From a virus (Duplodnaviria; Caudoviricetes): a stretch of 58,119 nucleotides of DNA. Shown here in pieces: positions 1 through 7,715 of this stretch. Position numbers and translations under genes: made by a program. Under the pieces are notes generated by a model. That model worked only from the letters and a program-made list of their open reading frames with translations, was not told where the DNA came from and ran no database searches. The stretch is taken from positions 1 through 58,119 of the IMG/VR virus record IMGVR_UViG_3300035670_000245; one strand, written 5' to 3'. Position 1 is the stretch's first letter, and each line of letters begins with the position of its first letter.

Positions 1-127
1 AAACCCAATGAAAGGAAATTGAAAATGAGATCAATCGCCGCTACTTTCGCCTTGTTTTTCATCCTCATGGCTTTGCCATGCTTTGCCATTGCAGCAGTAC
101 TGCCTTTCGGCAGTGCTGAGTCATTGT
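1..127. repeat. Terminal direct repeat, identical to 57993..58119; indicates a circular/complete assembly
   Basis: First 127 nt match the last 127 nt; 127 is a common assembler k-mer, so probably an assembly overlap rather than the physical terminal repeat. Confidence 0.9.
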
Positions 128-192
128 TGTTTCTCTGCCTTGCCATTGGTCATGTTTTTCTAGCCTTTTCCGCTTCCATTGCTGCACATTAA
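25..192 (+). CDS. Small hydrophobic early protein (55 aa, two probable TM segments)
   Basis: Not in ORF track; AAAGGA SD then ATG at 25, MRSIAATFALFFILMALPCFAIAAVLPFG...AAH, TAA at 190-192. Confidence 0.65.
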   Translation: MRSIAATFALFFILMALPCFAIAAVLPFGSAESLLFLCLAIGHVFLAFSASIAAH

Positions 193-225
193 TTTCATCC
201 CACACAATCCTGAAAGGATCACACC

Positions 226-960
226 ATGAAATCGAACCTCGCAATCATCGAAGATGCCGCCAAGTTTAACCTCGCCAAGTCTGACCCGAAACCGAAGGTT
301 CAGACAGTCGCTCAGGGAGTGAAACTCCCTGTCCTGAAAGAAACCAACCCGATCTTCGATCGGCCTTTCGGAAAAGATGGTCACACTCTAGGGGAAGCCC
401 TAGAGCATCAGGCATCAGTTTACAAGTCCCTTGTAAAACAGCGCAAAAATCAGCTTGAAAAGCTGAAGGAAATCGGCTTAGTCCTCTTGGAGCTTCGCTC
501 TGTATCCGGGGCTTCAAACAAAGATTATGGCATCCTGGTGTCGAAGACACCACTTTCCATAATGTCTCGCCAAGATCGGTACGATGCCTTGTGGCTTGCC
601 GAAAACTGGACTAATGTCCAGTCATACATGAAGGAGATGGATATCTCCTCGGGATCTGCCGCTTATCTTCGTCAGAAAATGACGAAGAAGACAGATGCTG
701 AACCGAAGGTTCAAAATGAGGTAAAGACTGATGCGAAGCCTTCGGCTGGTACGCAGTCTTCAGAGAAACCGGCTATCGACGAAGCTTCGTCAATACCTAC
801 CGAAGGTAAGACCGAAAACAAGACCTCTACCGAAGGTAGTGACTCGGCTGAGGTTTCGGTGGATAACGAAGAAGACTTTGCTTTGAGCATGGCTCAAATC
901 GTGGAGCAGTCCGGCCTTGACCTTAAAAAGGTCATTAACGCTCTTTTGAAACTTGCCTAA
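226..960 (+). CDS. Early protein, helical core plus low-complexity linker; possible DNA-binding regulator
   Basis: 244-aa ORF with AAAGGA SD; carries several CGAAGGT/TGACGAA motif copies in its coding sequence. Confidence 0.75.
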   Translation: MKSNLAIIEDAAKFNLAKSDPKPKVQTVAQGVKLPVLKETNPIFDRPFGKDGHTLGEALEHQASVYKSLVKQRKNQLEKLKEIGLVLLELRSVSGASNKDYGILVSKTPLSIMSRQDRYDALWLAENWTNVQSYMKEMDISSGSAAYLRQKMTKKTDAEPKVQNEVKTDAKPSAGTQSSEKPAIDEASSIPTEGKTENKTSTEGSDSAEVSVDNEEDFALSMAQIVEQSGLDLKKVINALLKLA

Positions 961-971
961 TGGTAAGGTAT

Positions 972-997
972 CCACGGGGGCTTTCAGCCCCTTGTGG
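972..997 (+). terminator. GC-rich hairpin after gene 2 (terminator or processing stem)
   Basis: CCACGGGGGC-TTTCA-GCCCCTTGTGG; no clear U tail. Confidence 0.4.
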
Positions 998-1062
998 GTA
1001 CATTTAAGGGCATCCGTGAGGGTGCCTTTACATGTACCTACACATCACAGGAGGATGTACAC

Positions 1063-1215
1063 ATGCGTATGCTCATACATGTCATACAAATGGTGGCACT
1101 GGCACATATGCTTTTGCTCACAGTCATGGCAGAGATGCACTGGCTCGCTCCCGCTCTCGTACTCGCTCTCATGGGCCTGTATGTCATACGGTATGCACTG
1201 GAATCAGAAGACTAG
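1063..1215 (+). CDS. Small hydrophobic early protein
   Basis: AGGAGG SD before ATG 1063; MRMLIHVIQMVALAHMLLL... Confidence 0.6.
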   Translation: MRMLIHVIQMVALAHMLLLTVMAEMHWLAPALVLALMGLYVIRYALESED

Positions 1216-1364
1216 GACTACTGTACAAATTGCCATTAGGGTTATCCCTAGGAAAATTTATTTCGTTTGTTTTCAATGACTTGCTGCACTGCACCACAGA
1301 GTTGGCACGATTCTTTCCCCTTTCTATAGGAGGGGGCCAGTTTTTTGCTGACCCTGATTTTACC

Positions 1365-1379
1365 GACGAACCTTCGTCA
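1365..1379. promoter_or_regulatory. Palindromic operator-like site GACGAA-CC-TTCGTCA
   Basis: One of six copies (778, 1365, 2567, 2996, 3395, 57699); directly upstream of an SD. Confidence 0.7.
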
Positions 1380-1399
1380 ATAACCTTAGGAGTGTGTAT

Positions 1400-2119
1400 A
1401 TGAAGCTTTTGTCTATCGATGCAAATTCCAAGCTTGCCAAGACCAATAAGGTAGTCGGTCAGGATTACCTGTATGCTGGCCTGTCCATGATGCCTGACCC
1501 GATCCTGTGCCCTGGTAGCAAGGCCGCACAATGCATGGATGCTTGCCTGAAGACCTCCGGTCTGGGTGGGGTTTTCCCTGCCATTGCACTGGCTAGACAG
1601 GCCAAGACCGACTGGTTCCATCGTGACATGACCGAGTTTGTGGAGGTACTAGTCAAAGATCTTCAGGCACTGGTACGCAAGGCCAATAAACTCGGCAAGA
1701 AGACTAGGGTCAGACTGAATGTCTTGTCAGACATTGCCTGGGAGAATGTCGAATGCTTCCGACTTGGCTCATGGCATGAGGGTATCCCCCAGGCTTTTCC
1801 TGAGATTGAGTTTTACGATTACACAAAACGGGCTGATCGTATCGGCAAGACTCCATCCAATTATCGCCTGACATTCTCCTACTCTGGTGTGCAATCGTAT
1901 GCTCGTCAGGTAATCAAGGCACAGTCTGCCGGGGCTAATATGGCTGTCGTTTTCCATGTTAAGAAGGGTCAGCCATTGCCGAAGTCCTGGCAAGGTAAGA
2001 CTGTCATTGATGGTGACGAGCATGATGCCCGTTACGATGACCCCCAGGGTGTGATTGTCGGTCTTCGGGCCAAGGGTAAAGCAATCAAGGACACAACCGG
2101 TTTTGTGGTGGCAGTTTAA
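1400..2119 (+). CDS. GP88-family phage protein (Cys cluster, possible Fe-S)
   Basis: CPGSKAAQCMDACL, RLNVLSDI, FYDYTK, DGDEHDARYDDP, VGLRAKG motifs. Confidence 0.75.
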   Translation: MKLLSIDANSKLAKTNKVVGQDYLYAGLSMMPDPILCPGSKAAQCMDACLKTSGLGGVFPAIALARQAKTDWFHRDMTEFVEVLVKDLQALVRKANKLGKKTRVRLNVLSDIAWENVECFRLGSWHEGIPQAFPEIEFYDYTKRADRIGKTPSNYRLTFSYSGVQSYARQVIKAQSAGANMAVVFHVKKGQPLPKSWQGKTVIDGDEHDARYDDPQGVIVGLRAKGKAIKDTTGFVVAV

Positions 2120-2144
2120 TTTTATAGGCACAGGAGAATTGACC

Positions 2145-2372
2145 ATGTTTTTTATCTACGATTGTAATGATCAAGTTGCAGGTAATCCTAAAGGCTATCG
2201 TACATTCCGGGGTGCTAATCAGCAGGCTAATGGCAGGAAGTCTAAGCTTTATCGCACACTATGGGACAGGTATTATGCCAAGCGTGAAGCCGACCCTGAG
2301 TGCAGACTAGTTAATCGCATTACGATTCAAGAGGAAGTAGAAAGTTCTACTTTCTTTTCACCGAAAGTTTAA
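2145..2372 (+). CDS. Hypothetical early protein (appears inserted; flanked by a duplicated GP88 3' end)
   Basis: AGGAG SD before ATG 2145. Confidence 0.65.
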   Translation: MFFIYDCNDQVAGNPKGYRTFRGANQQANGRKSKLYRTLWDRYYAKREADPECRLVNRITIQEEVESSTFFSPKV

Positions 2373-2440
2373 TGACAAGCAAGGATACAACCGGCTTTGT
2401 GGTGAGTGTGCAGTAGTTAGCAATTATGTGCCAGTTTTAC

Positions 2441-2456
2441 TGGCACTTTAATTGCC
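2441..2456 (+). promoter_or_regulatory. Sigma54-type promoter motif
   Basis: TGGCACTTTAATTGCC, GG-N10-GC; also one arm of an inverted repeat at 2420-2455. Confidence 0.5.
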
Positions 2457-2486
2457 TTTACAAATAAAAACAAATGTATGTACACA

Positions 2487-2549
2487 CCTTAGGGATAGTA
2501 TTTACCCCTTGAACCGAAGGTGAAAGGGGAGTAAATACATCCCTGAAGG
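2487..2549 (+). promoter_or_regulatory. Long bulged leader hairpin (RNase III site-like), homologous to 57927..57984
   Basis: AGGGAT/ATCCCT, GTATTTAC/GTAAATAC, CCCTT/AAGGG, GA/GA internal loop, ACC-GAA-GGT apex. Confidence 0.65.
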
Positions 2550-2566
2550 GTAGCAGTGAACGGCAA

Positions 2567-2582
2567 TGACGAACATTCGTCA
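2567..2582. promoter_or_regulatory. Palindromic operator-like site TGACGAA-CA-TTCGTCA
   Basis: Upstream of AAAGGA SD of gene 2603. Confidence 0.7.
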
Positions 2583-2602
2583 ATAACTTGAAAGGAATCG
2601 CC

Positions 2603-2995
2603 ATGCAAGTAAAGATCATCCGCAATTCCCACCATGTGATCTTCTCACAGATCCACAAGCAAGCCCATGAGGCTGGCATGAAGGCTGGAACCGATGCCCT
2701 CCCCTCCCCTATGGTAGTGAGTGAGGCTGACATCCAGGGTAACCCTGTCGGCAAGTCCTGGTTTGTGTCTGAGGGTGCCTGTGGATTTGCCTGGGTAGCA
2801 TTCAAGGGCAATACAGCCTGGGGCAAGTGGGCGAAGAAGCAGGGCATTGCTAGCACTGCCTACCCCACAGGGTTACAGATCTGGGTTCACCAGTTTAACC
2901 AGAGCATGGCTCGTAAGGAGGCGTATGCCAGGGCATATGCTGGTGTATTGCGAGAGGCTGGCATCGATGCATATTCCGGTTCCCGTATGGATTAA
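2603..2995 (+). CDS. Hypothetical early protein
   Basis: AAAGGA SD before ATG 2603; CGFAWV and QSMARKEAYA motifs seen in phage proteins. Confidence 0.75.
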   Translation: MQVKIIRNSHHVIFSQIHKQAHEAGMKAGTDALPSPMVVSEADIQGNPVGKSWFVSEGACGFAWVAFKGNTAWGKWAKKQGIASTAYPTGLQIWVHQFNQSMARKEAYARAYAGVLREAGIDAYSGSRMD

Positions 2996-3011
2996 TGACG
3001 AACCTTCGTCA
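2996..3011. promoter_or_regulatory. Palindromic operator-like site TGACGAA-CC-TTCGTCA
   Basis: Between a stop codon and the AAGGAG SD. Confidence 0.7.
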
Positions 3012-3031
3012 ACAAAAAGGAGACACACACA

Positions 3032-3388
3032 ATGGCTAAGATCTTTACTGACACTGGCGTGGCTGAGGCACCTAACACTGACGCATACAAAAGATGGGTT
3101 ATCTGTGATGTGTGCGAAGGGGAAGGGAAGCACTCCCATTCTTTTGGGTGCATAACATCGTCCGAGATGGACGAATGGAGTGACGAGGAGCAGTCCCGTT
3201 ACTTTGCTGGCAAGTATGACCGGCGGTGTTCCGATTGTGATGGCAAGGGCAAGGTGAAAGTATACGCCGAAGGTGCGCCCTTTTGGGTGCGTAGGATATG
3301 GGCCAAGGAACGCTGCTATGCGCAGGTGTCTTTTGAATTGGCACAGGAATACGCCAAGGAGCGGAGAATGCTTGGCGGTGGGTATTAA
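3032..3388 (+). CDS. DnaJ-type zinc-finger protein
   Basis: CDVCEGEG and CSDCDGKG (two CxxCxGxG motifs); AAGGAG SD. Confidence 0.75.
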   Translation: MAKIFTDTGVAEAPNTDAYKRWVICDVCEGEGKHSHSFGCITSSEMDEWSDEEQSRYFAGKYDRRCSDCDGKGKVKVYAEGAPFWVRRIWAKERCYAQVSFELAQEYAKERRMLGGGY

Positions 3389-3394
3389 TTTTAA

Positions 3395-3410
3395 TGACGA
3401 ACCTTCGTCA
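3395..3410. promoter_or_regulatory. Palindromic operator-like site TGACGAA-CC-TTCGTCA
   Basis: Immediately before the AGGAG SD of gene 3426. Confidence 0.7.
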
Positions 3411-3425
3411 ATAGGAGAAACGCAA

Positions 3426-3629
3426 ATGGCTCGTTACATATACATGGTGCAAGGGTGTGATCACAAATTCACCACCAAGCAAGAGGCACAGGACTATGCC
3501 TCGTTTGATCGGTGTATTGAGTTCATGCATGGTAAGGCACCTTCGATAACCATAATATCCCGGCTCACACCCAAGCAGTACAAACAAATGCAGGCTCGTA
3601 AACAACTGGCACAGGAGGCACAGCAATGA
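3426..3629 (+). CDS. Hypothetical protein
   Basis: AGGAG SD, ATG 3426; ATGA overlap with next gene. Confidence 0.7.
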   Translation: MARYIYMVQGCDHKFTTKQEAQDYASFDRCIEFMHGKAPSITIISRLTPKQYKQMQARKQLAQEAQQ

Positions 3630-3919
3630 AAGGCATCACAGTAACCCGTAACCCGCAGATCAAGCTAACCCTGACTGCCGACGATTGGCAGTTATATGAT
3701 GACGAAGACCACCCTGCCAGGGTTATGGTTGCCCTTGACCTGAACGCTAACATTCAACGGATATTAAATAATCCTTCCTTGCCAGACAGCATGAAAAGGA
3801 GGGCTTGCCGGAATTACCTGCGTGTTTATGACAATTATGGTGCGTCAGATACTGAAGGCAGGGATATGTTAGACACGATTTTTTCTGAGTTCTTTGGCCC
3901 TGAATATGAGGAGGCCTGA
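3626..3919 (+). CDS. Hypothetical protein
   Basis: GGAGG SD, translational coupling. Confidence 0.7.
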   Translation: MKGITVTRNPQIKLTLTADDWQLYDDEDHPARVMVALDLNANIQRILNNPSLPDSMKRRACRNYLRVYDNYGASDTEGRDMLDTIFSEFFGPEYEEA

Positions 3920-3921
3920 TC

Positions 3922-4200
3922 ATGAAATTCTACGGTTCGTATGGCAATCAGTACAGGTACAACAAGTTCGGAGATAAGGTGCCCTTGGCACAGCCCTCCC
4001 CTCCCCCGGTTGTGTCTGATGAGTACCAGATCAAGGTGTACATTCGGGAAGTGTACGGGAATACCCTGATCTATCCAGCCTGCAATAAGGCAAAACTCTT
4101 TGCTAAAATTGCAGGTACAAAAACCCTGTTGCCTAATGTATTGGAGAGTATCAAGGCACTGGGCTATACCGTAACCACAATAGTTAATCGGGAGGTTTAA
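3922..4200 (+). CDS. Hypothetical protein
   Basis: GAGGAGG SD; VYGNTLIYP...AGTKTL phage motif. Confidence 0.7.
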   Translation: MKFYGSYGNQYRYNKFGDKVPLAQPSPPPVVSDEYQIKVYIREVYGNTLIYPACNKAKLFAKIAGTKTLLPNVLESIKALGYTVTTIVNREV

Positions 4201-4202
4201 TC

Positions 4203-4496
4203 ATGCAACGCAACATGATTGGCAATGTAATCCGGGTCTATCCACCTGATGCACCACAAGAATATGTTGACTGCCTACTGGCACAGGTGGAACCCAACCT
4301 TGTCTGTGCCATATGCCTGGACACTGGCAACAGGCTAGATGACCCGTGTTTTGTACGCAATACCATGAACCTGACCAGCGAGGACATGGACAGGATACTA
4401 GGGAAGGGTGCCTGCTTTGATCTGCTGAAGGAAGCAAAGCACCCCAAGTGGCTAACAGATATGATGGTTAAACTTAAACCAGACTGGCCTTTTTAA
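4203..4496 (+). CDS. Hypothetical protein
   Basis: GGAGG SD, tight packing. Confidence 0.7.
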   Translation: MQRNMIGNVIRVYPPDAPQEYVDCLLAQVEPNLVCAICLDTGNRLDDPCFVRNTMNLTSEDMDRILGKGACFDLLKEAKHPKWLTDMMVKLKPDWPF

Positions 4497-4506
4497 GGAT
4501 ATAAAA

Positions 4507-4662
4507 ATGAGTGACAACGAAGCAGTGACCCTGGCATTCGACTTGCTAGAGGGTGCCGAGGTAGTGCAAGTATATGATGACACCCTGTGGATTAAGGTAG
4601 ACAGGGGTTCGTACAATGCACTGTATCAACACATGTACCCACAACAATTCACAGAGGAGTAA
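4507..4662 (+). CDS. Small hypothetical protein (51 aa)
   Basis: Not in ORF track; AAGGA SD, MSDNEAVTLAFDLLEG... Confidence 0.6.
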   Translation: MSDNEAVTLAFDLLEGAEVVQVYDDTLWIKVDRGSYNALYQHMYPQQFTEE

Positions 4663-4667
4663 TAACT

Positions 4668-4838
4668 ATGCTTATCGTATTCAAACTGATGTCCCTGGTG
4701 GTGTTCCTGATGTCTGCTTTGAGTCTGGTCTATGTCAACAGCTATGACATCTTTCCCCCGGCTCAGGCACTGGTACTCTCGGCAGGGTTCGCCGTGTCCC
4801 TGGTCTATGGTGTTTTAGGTGCAATCAGATCCAAGTAA
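4668..4838 (+). CDS. Small membrane protein (56 aa)
   Basis: Not in ORF track; GAGGAG SD, two hydrophobic stretches. Confidence 0.6.
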   Translation: MLIVFKLMSLVVFLMSALSLVYVNSYDIFPPAQALVLSAGFAVSLVYGVLGAIRSK

Positions 4839-4847
4839 GGAGGCATT

Positions 4848-5063
4848 ATGTTACCCACAGATTACCAACCCATGACGGTATGCTGGCGGTTCAGCAATGG
4901 TCACGACTGGTCTAAGGAATTCCCTAACGAACAGGAGGCATACCAGTTTATCCAGACCTGTGACCTGCAAGGGCATCCGAGTGTTACTCTTGTGGGTACA
5001 ATCACAACAGGTAAGGCTGGCACCAAGATTAACTACCTCAAGGGAGGGGACAACCATGCGTAA
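4848..5063 (+). CDS. Hypothetical protein
   Basis: AAGGAGG SD. Confidence 0.7.
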   Translation: MLPTDYQPMTVCWRFSNGHDWSKEFPNEQEAYQFIQTCDLQGHPSVTLVGTITTGKAGTKINYLKGGDNHA

Positions 5064-5424
5064 GGTATTTGTCTACCGTAATCTGCACAAGGATTGCTGG
5101 TCTGTTAAGGCACTGGACGGGGAGTTCAAGGGCAGGGTTATCTACCATGCCAAAGAGATCCCCCTCTGGGACTGCAAGTTCAAGGTCAGTGAGGCTGGCA
5201 GACAGCGGGTCTTGCGTGAGAGATCCAAGAATGTACATGCTGGTGTGGTTGGCTACATGTACGATGACATGCTGGCACCGGCAGTGCAGGCACCAATCCG
5301 TATTACCTACAATCCATACAGGTACAACTCTTTCGTAACTGCCGAAGGATTACAGGCAGTGGGCACAGCGGAGTATGTGTGCATGAAGAATGACAAGTCT
5401 GTGTGGGCATGGGCAACTCGTTAG
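5056..5424 (+). CDS. Conserved phage protein
   Basis: GGAGG SD; VYRNLHK...FKVSEAGRQRVLRE...KNVHA...YNPY pattern common in phages. Confidence 0.75.
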   Translation: MRKVFVYRNLHKDCWSVKALDGEFKGRVIYHAKEIPLWDCKFKVSEAGRQRVLRERSKNVHAGVVGYMYDDMLAPAVQAPIRITYNPYRYNSFVTAEGLQAVGTAEYVCMKNDKSVWAWATR

Positions 5425-5434
5425 GAGAACTGAA

Positions 5435-5569
5435 ATGTACGATCACAATCGTAAGAATTCTTTACTCATTATTTTAGGTACAAGTCTGGCAGTGGTAGGA
5501 TTTGTAGGTATAATCTGGTTCACGGCACTACTCTTTGCCGCATTCGGAGTACAGATGGGAGGTATCTAA
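5435..5569 (+). CDS. Small membrane protein (44 aa)
   Basis: Not in ORF track; AGGAG SD, long hydrophobic stretch. Confidence 0.55.
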   Translation: MYDHNRKNSLLIILGTSLAVVGFVGIIWFTALLFAAFGVQMGGI

Positions 5570-5977
5570 TTGTCTTTCAGACCATTCACCCAAACCAAGA
5601 TGCTAATCAACAACCCCAAAGGGAGGAAGCTAAACAAGTATGGTGCCCCGGAAGATATCGTTAGTCACCAATGGGTGCATACCAATGCACGGTTCACTCA
5701 CGGTTGCCCCGAGGTCAAGCAAGCATTCAGTACAGAGACACCCTTCAAGGCACTGGGCTGGGAAGTAAAGCCTGGGTGTCCGACAGAGTCGGTCTATGTC
5801 TGGTGGTATGCCGACTGCCCTGTGTCTGATGACCTTATGTTGTCTATCGAAACCAACAAGGAAATGCCACACAAGTTCCTAGATTTTGTAGCTAAGAAGT
5901 ACAATGTGCAGGTGAAGTATGAGCAGTACAATCCATCGCAGTCCCTTTATCCAACAGCATCAACCATCAATCCTTAA
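5570..5977 (+). CDS. Hypothetical protein
   Basis: GGAGG SD before TTG start. Confidence 0.65.
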   Translation: MSFRPFTQTKMLINNPKGRKLNKYGAPEDIVSHQWVHTNARFTHGCPEVKQAFSTETPFKALGWEVKPGCPTESVYVWWYADCPVSDDLMLSIETNKEMPHKFLDFVAKKYNVQVKYEQYNPSQSLYPTASTINP

Positions 5978-5988
5978 GGAGATTTACC

Positions 5989-6885
5989 ATGTATACATCT
6001 GACCTCATTGCCAACCTTGACAATGTCCTTCCCGCCCTGCCCCAGGAGTTGAACTTCACCCCGGTGCATGAACCACAGATCCGCAATGGCACTATGATTG
6101 GCAATGCATTCTGGGTTGTCAATCCCACCAATGATATGGTGATTGGCAATGGCAAGTCTGTCCACCGTACCGCTAACTTCGCTACCCTCTGGGATGCACT
6201 GCGTGAAGGGTTGGTCAAGGCTAACATCGACACCGGGAATGCCCAGGTAAAGTTCCATGCACTGGGTAATGGTGCCGCTATGTCTGCCGAGATAATACTC
6301 AAGAAGTACGATTTCGAGAAGAAGCTTGGCGAGGCCGCACAGTTGCGTATGCTGGTGCGTGACTCACACGATCAGTCCATCAAGCGTCAGGTACAGGCTA
6401 TGGTCTACCGTCTGGCCTGCCTGAATGGCATGATCTCAATGCGTGAACGGGTTGGTGTGGCTGAGAAGCACACCCTCAATGCTGATGCCGAGGTGCTGGG
6501 TAAGGTAGCTTCCGAGTTCCCTATCCGTCTGGAGAATGAGGCTACCCTCATGTCTAACATGCGTCGCATTGGCACTGACCGTGACCAAGACATCGACTTC
6601 TTCCGTAGGAATGTAGCTACCTACCGTACCAAGTCTGGTGTCAAGATCAACAACAAGTTCTTGGAGCGGGTTGTAGGTATCTACGATAATTACCGTGACC
6701 TGGGGCAGAATGCCTATCGTGTCTACAATACTCTGACACACCTGTCTACCCATGTGGAAGCACAGCGTGATGGCACAGAGGTAGAGCGTAAGCGTATCCG
6801 CATTGAGCAGGACATCGAAGGGGTTATTCATGGCGAAGAGTTCCGGGCACGGTACCTCCCAGATTCCCTGCTTCTTGCGGCTTAA
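5989..6885 (+). CDS. DUF932/DUF945-like phage/plasmid protein
   Basis: SHDQS...YRLACLNGM...KHT motifs; AAGGAG SD. Confidence 0.7.
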   Translation: MYTSDLIANLDNVLPALPQELNFTPVHEPQIRNGTMIGNAFWVVNPTNDMVIGNGKSVHRTANFATLWDALREGLVKANIDTGNAQVKFHALGNGAAMSAEIILKKYDFEKKLGEAAQLRMLVRDSHDQSIKRQVQAMVYRLACLNGMISMRERVGVAEKHTLNADAEVLGKVASEFPIRLENEATLMSNMRRIGTDRDQDIDFFRRNVATYRTKSGVKINNKFLERVVGIYDNYRDLGQNAYRVYNTLTHLSTHVEAQRDGTEVERKRIRIEQDIEGVIHGEEFRARYLPDSLLLAA

Positions 6886-6995
6886 GCCAGACTACAAGAC
6901 CCGGAACTGGGTGGCGAAGTATGCCCTCAGATCCGGGGCTGGCAAGCACAAGGCAGGTAAGCAGAAACCAAAACATAAACTGAAGGAGATACAAA

Positions 6996-7202
6996 ATGAG
7001 ACTGAAGATTCTGACTAGAGATGACATGAATAACATCATGGACACCCTCAATGATCAAGACAGGACTATGTCTGTGGAACAGGATGTAGACGGGTCTGTG
7101 ATGCTGGACATGGGTAATTTTCTGACTGCCTATGCCAATGCCACAGTGTCTTATGTAGCTAAACAAAAAGAGTTCAAGGCTATTCTTGAGGAGGCACAAT
7201 GA
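6996..7202 (+). CDS. Hypothetical protein
   Basis: AAGGAG SD. Confidence 0.65.
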   Translation: MRLKILTRDDMNNIMDTLNDQDRTMSVEQDVDGSVMLDMGNFLTAYANATVSYVAKQKEFKAILEEAQ

Positions 7203-7471
7203 ACATGGCTAAGATACAGACCACAATAACCAAAGAGGTTACTGGTAACGAGCGGTTCTGGATCGGTATGATCTTCGGTATCTTTTGTACCGTCTTGGTG
7301 GTCTTATCTTTGGATAAGATCTTTGGTGATAACTATCTGCCCTCTGCACTGGACATGCCCAAGGATGTCATCACTGCCTACAATATGGGTATCAAGGATG
7401 CACTGGTGGTGAACCCACCTAGTGCTGACCTTGAGAATGTCTGTGCCGCACTGTGGTCTAATAAACAATAG
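7199..7471 (+). CDS. Hypothetical membrane protein
   Basis: TM segment FWIGMIFGIFCTVLVVLSL. Confidence 0.65.
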   Translation: MNMAKIQTTITKEVTGNERFWIGMIFGIFCTVLVVLSLDKIFGDNYLPSALDMPKDVITAYNMGIKDALVVNPPSADLENVCAALWSNKQ

Positions 7472-7481
7472 GAGAATGGAC

Positions 7482-7691
7482 ATGGTTAAAGTATCTGGTG
7501 TGCCCTACGATGTAGAGTTACCCAACAAAGATCCCTTCAATGCTCTTGCAGATAAGATGTTCGATACTGGGTACAACACTGCATTAGAACTGTGTGTTTC
7601 GTACTTAGAACAGATGCATCAGCAACATAAAGAGATGCATAACTACTATCGGGTAGCGGCAGAGAACTTGAAACTTAAACTTAGGAATTGA
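7482..7691 (+). CDS. Hypothetical protein
   Basis: AGGAG SD before ATG 7482. Confidence 0.6.
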   Translation: MVKVSGVPYDVELPNKDPFNALADKMFDTGYNTALELCVSYLEQMHQQHKEMHNYYRVAAENLKLKLRN

Positions 7692-7715
7692 TAACTTAAG
7701 AATGGGAGCAGTGCC

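Noticed and set aside
1-127. 127-bp repeat as a biological terminal repeat
   Set aside because: Length equals a common assembler k-mer and it cuts through a gene and a leader hairpin; more likely a circularisation overlap
1219-1238. LexA boxes (also 57563-57583)
   Set aside because: First ends CAT instead of CAG; second has CTG-N9-CAG, not N10
2420-2434. Reverse-strand sigma54 promoter
   Set aside because: GG-N9-GC spacing is wrong; it is the other arm of an inverted repeat
778-3410. Palindromic repeats as a CRISPR array
   Set aside because: Only 14-16 bp, irregular spacing of hundreds of bp with whole genes between, no cas operon
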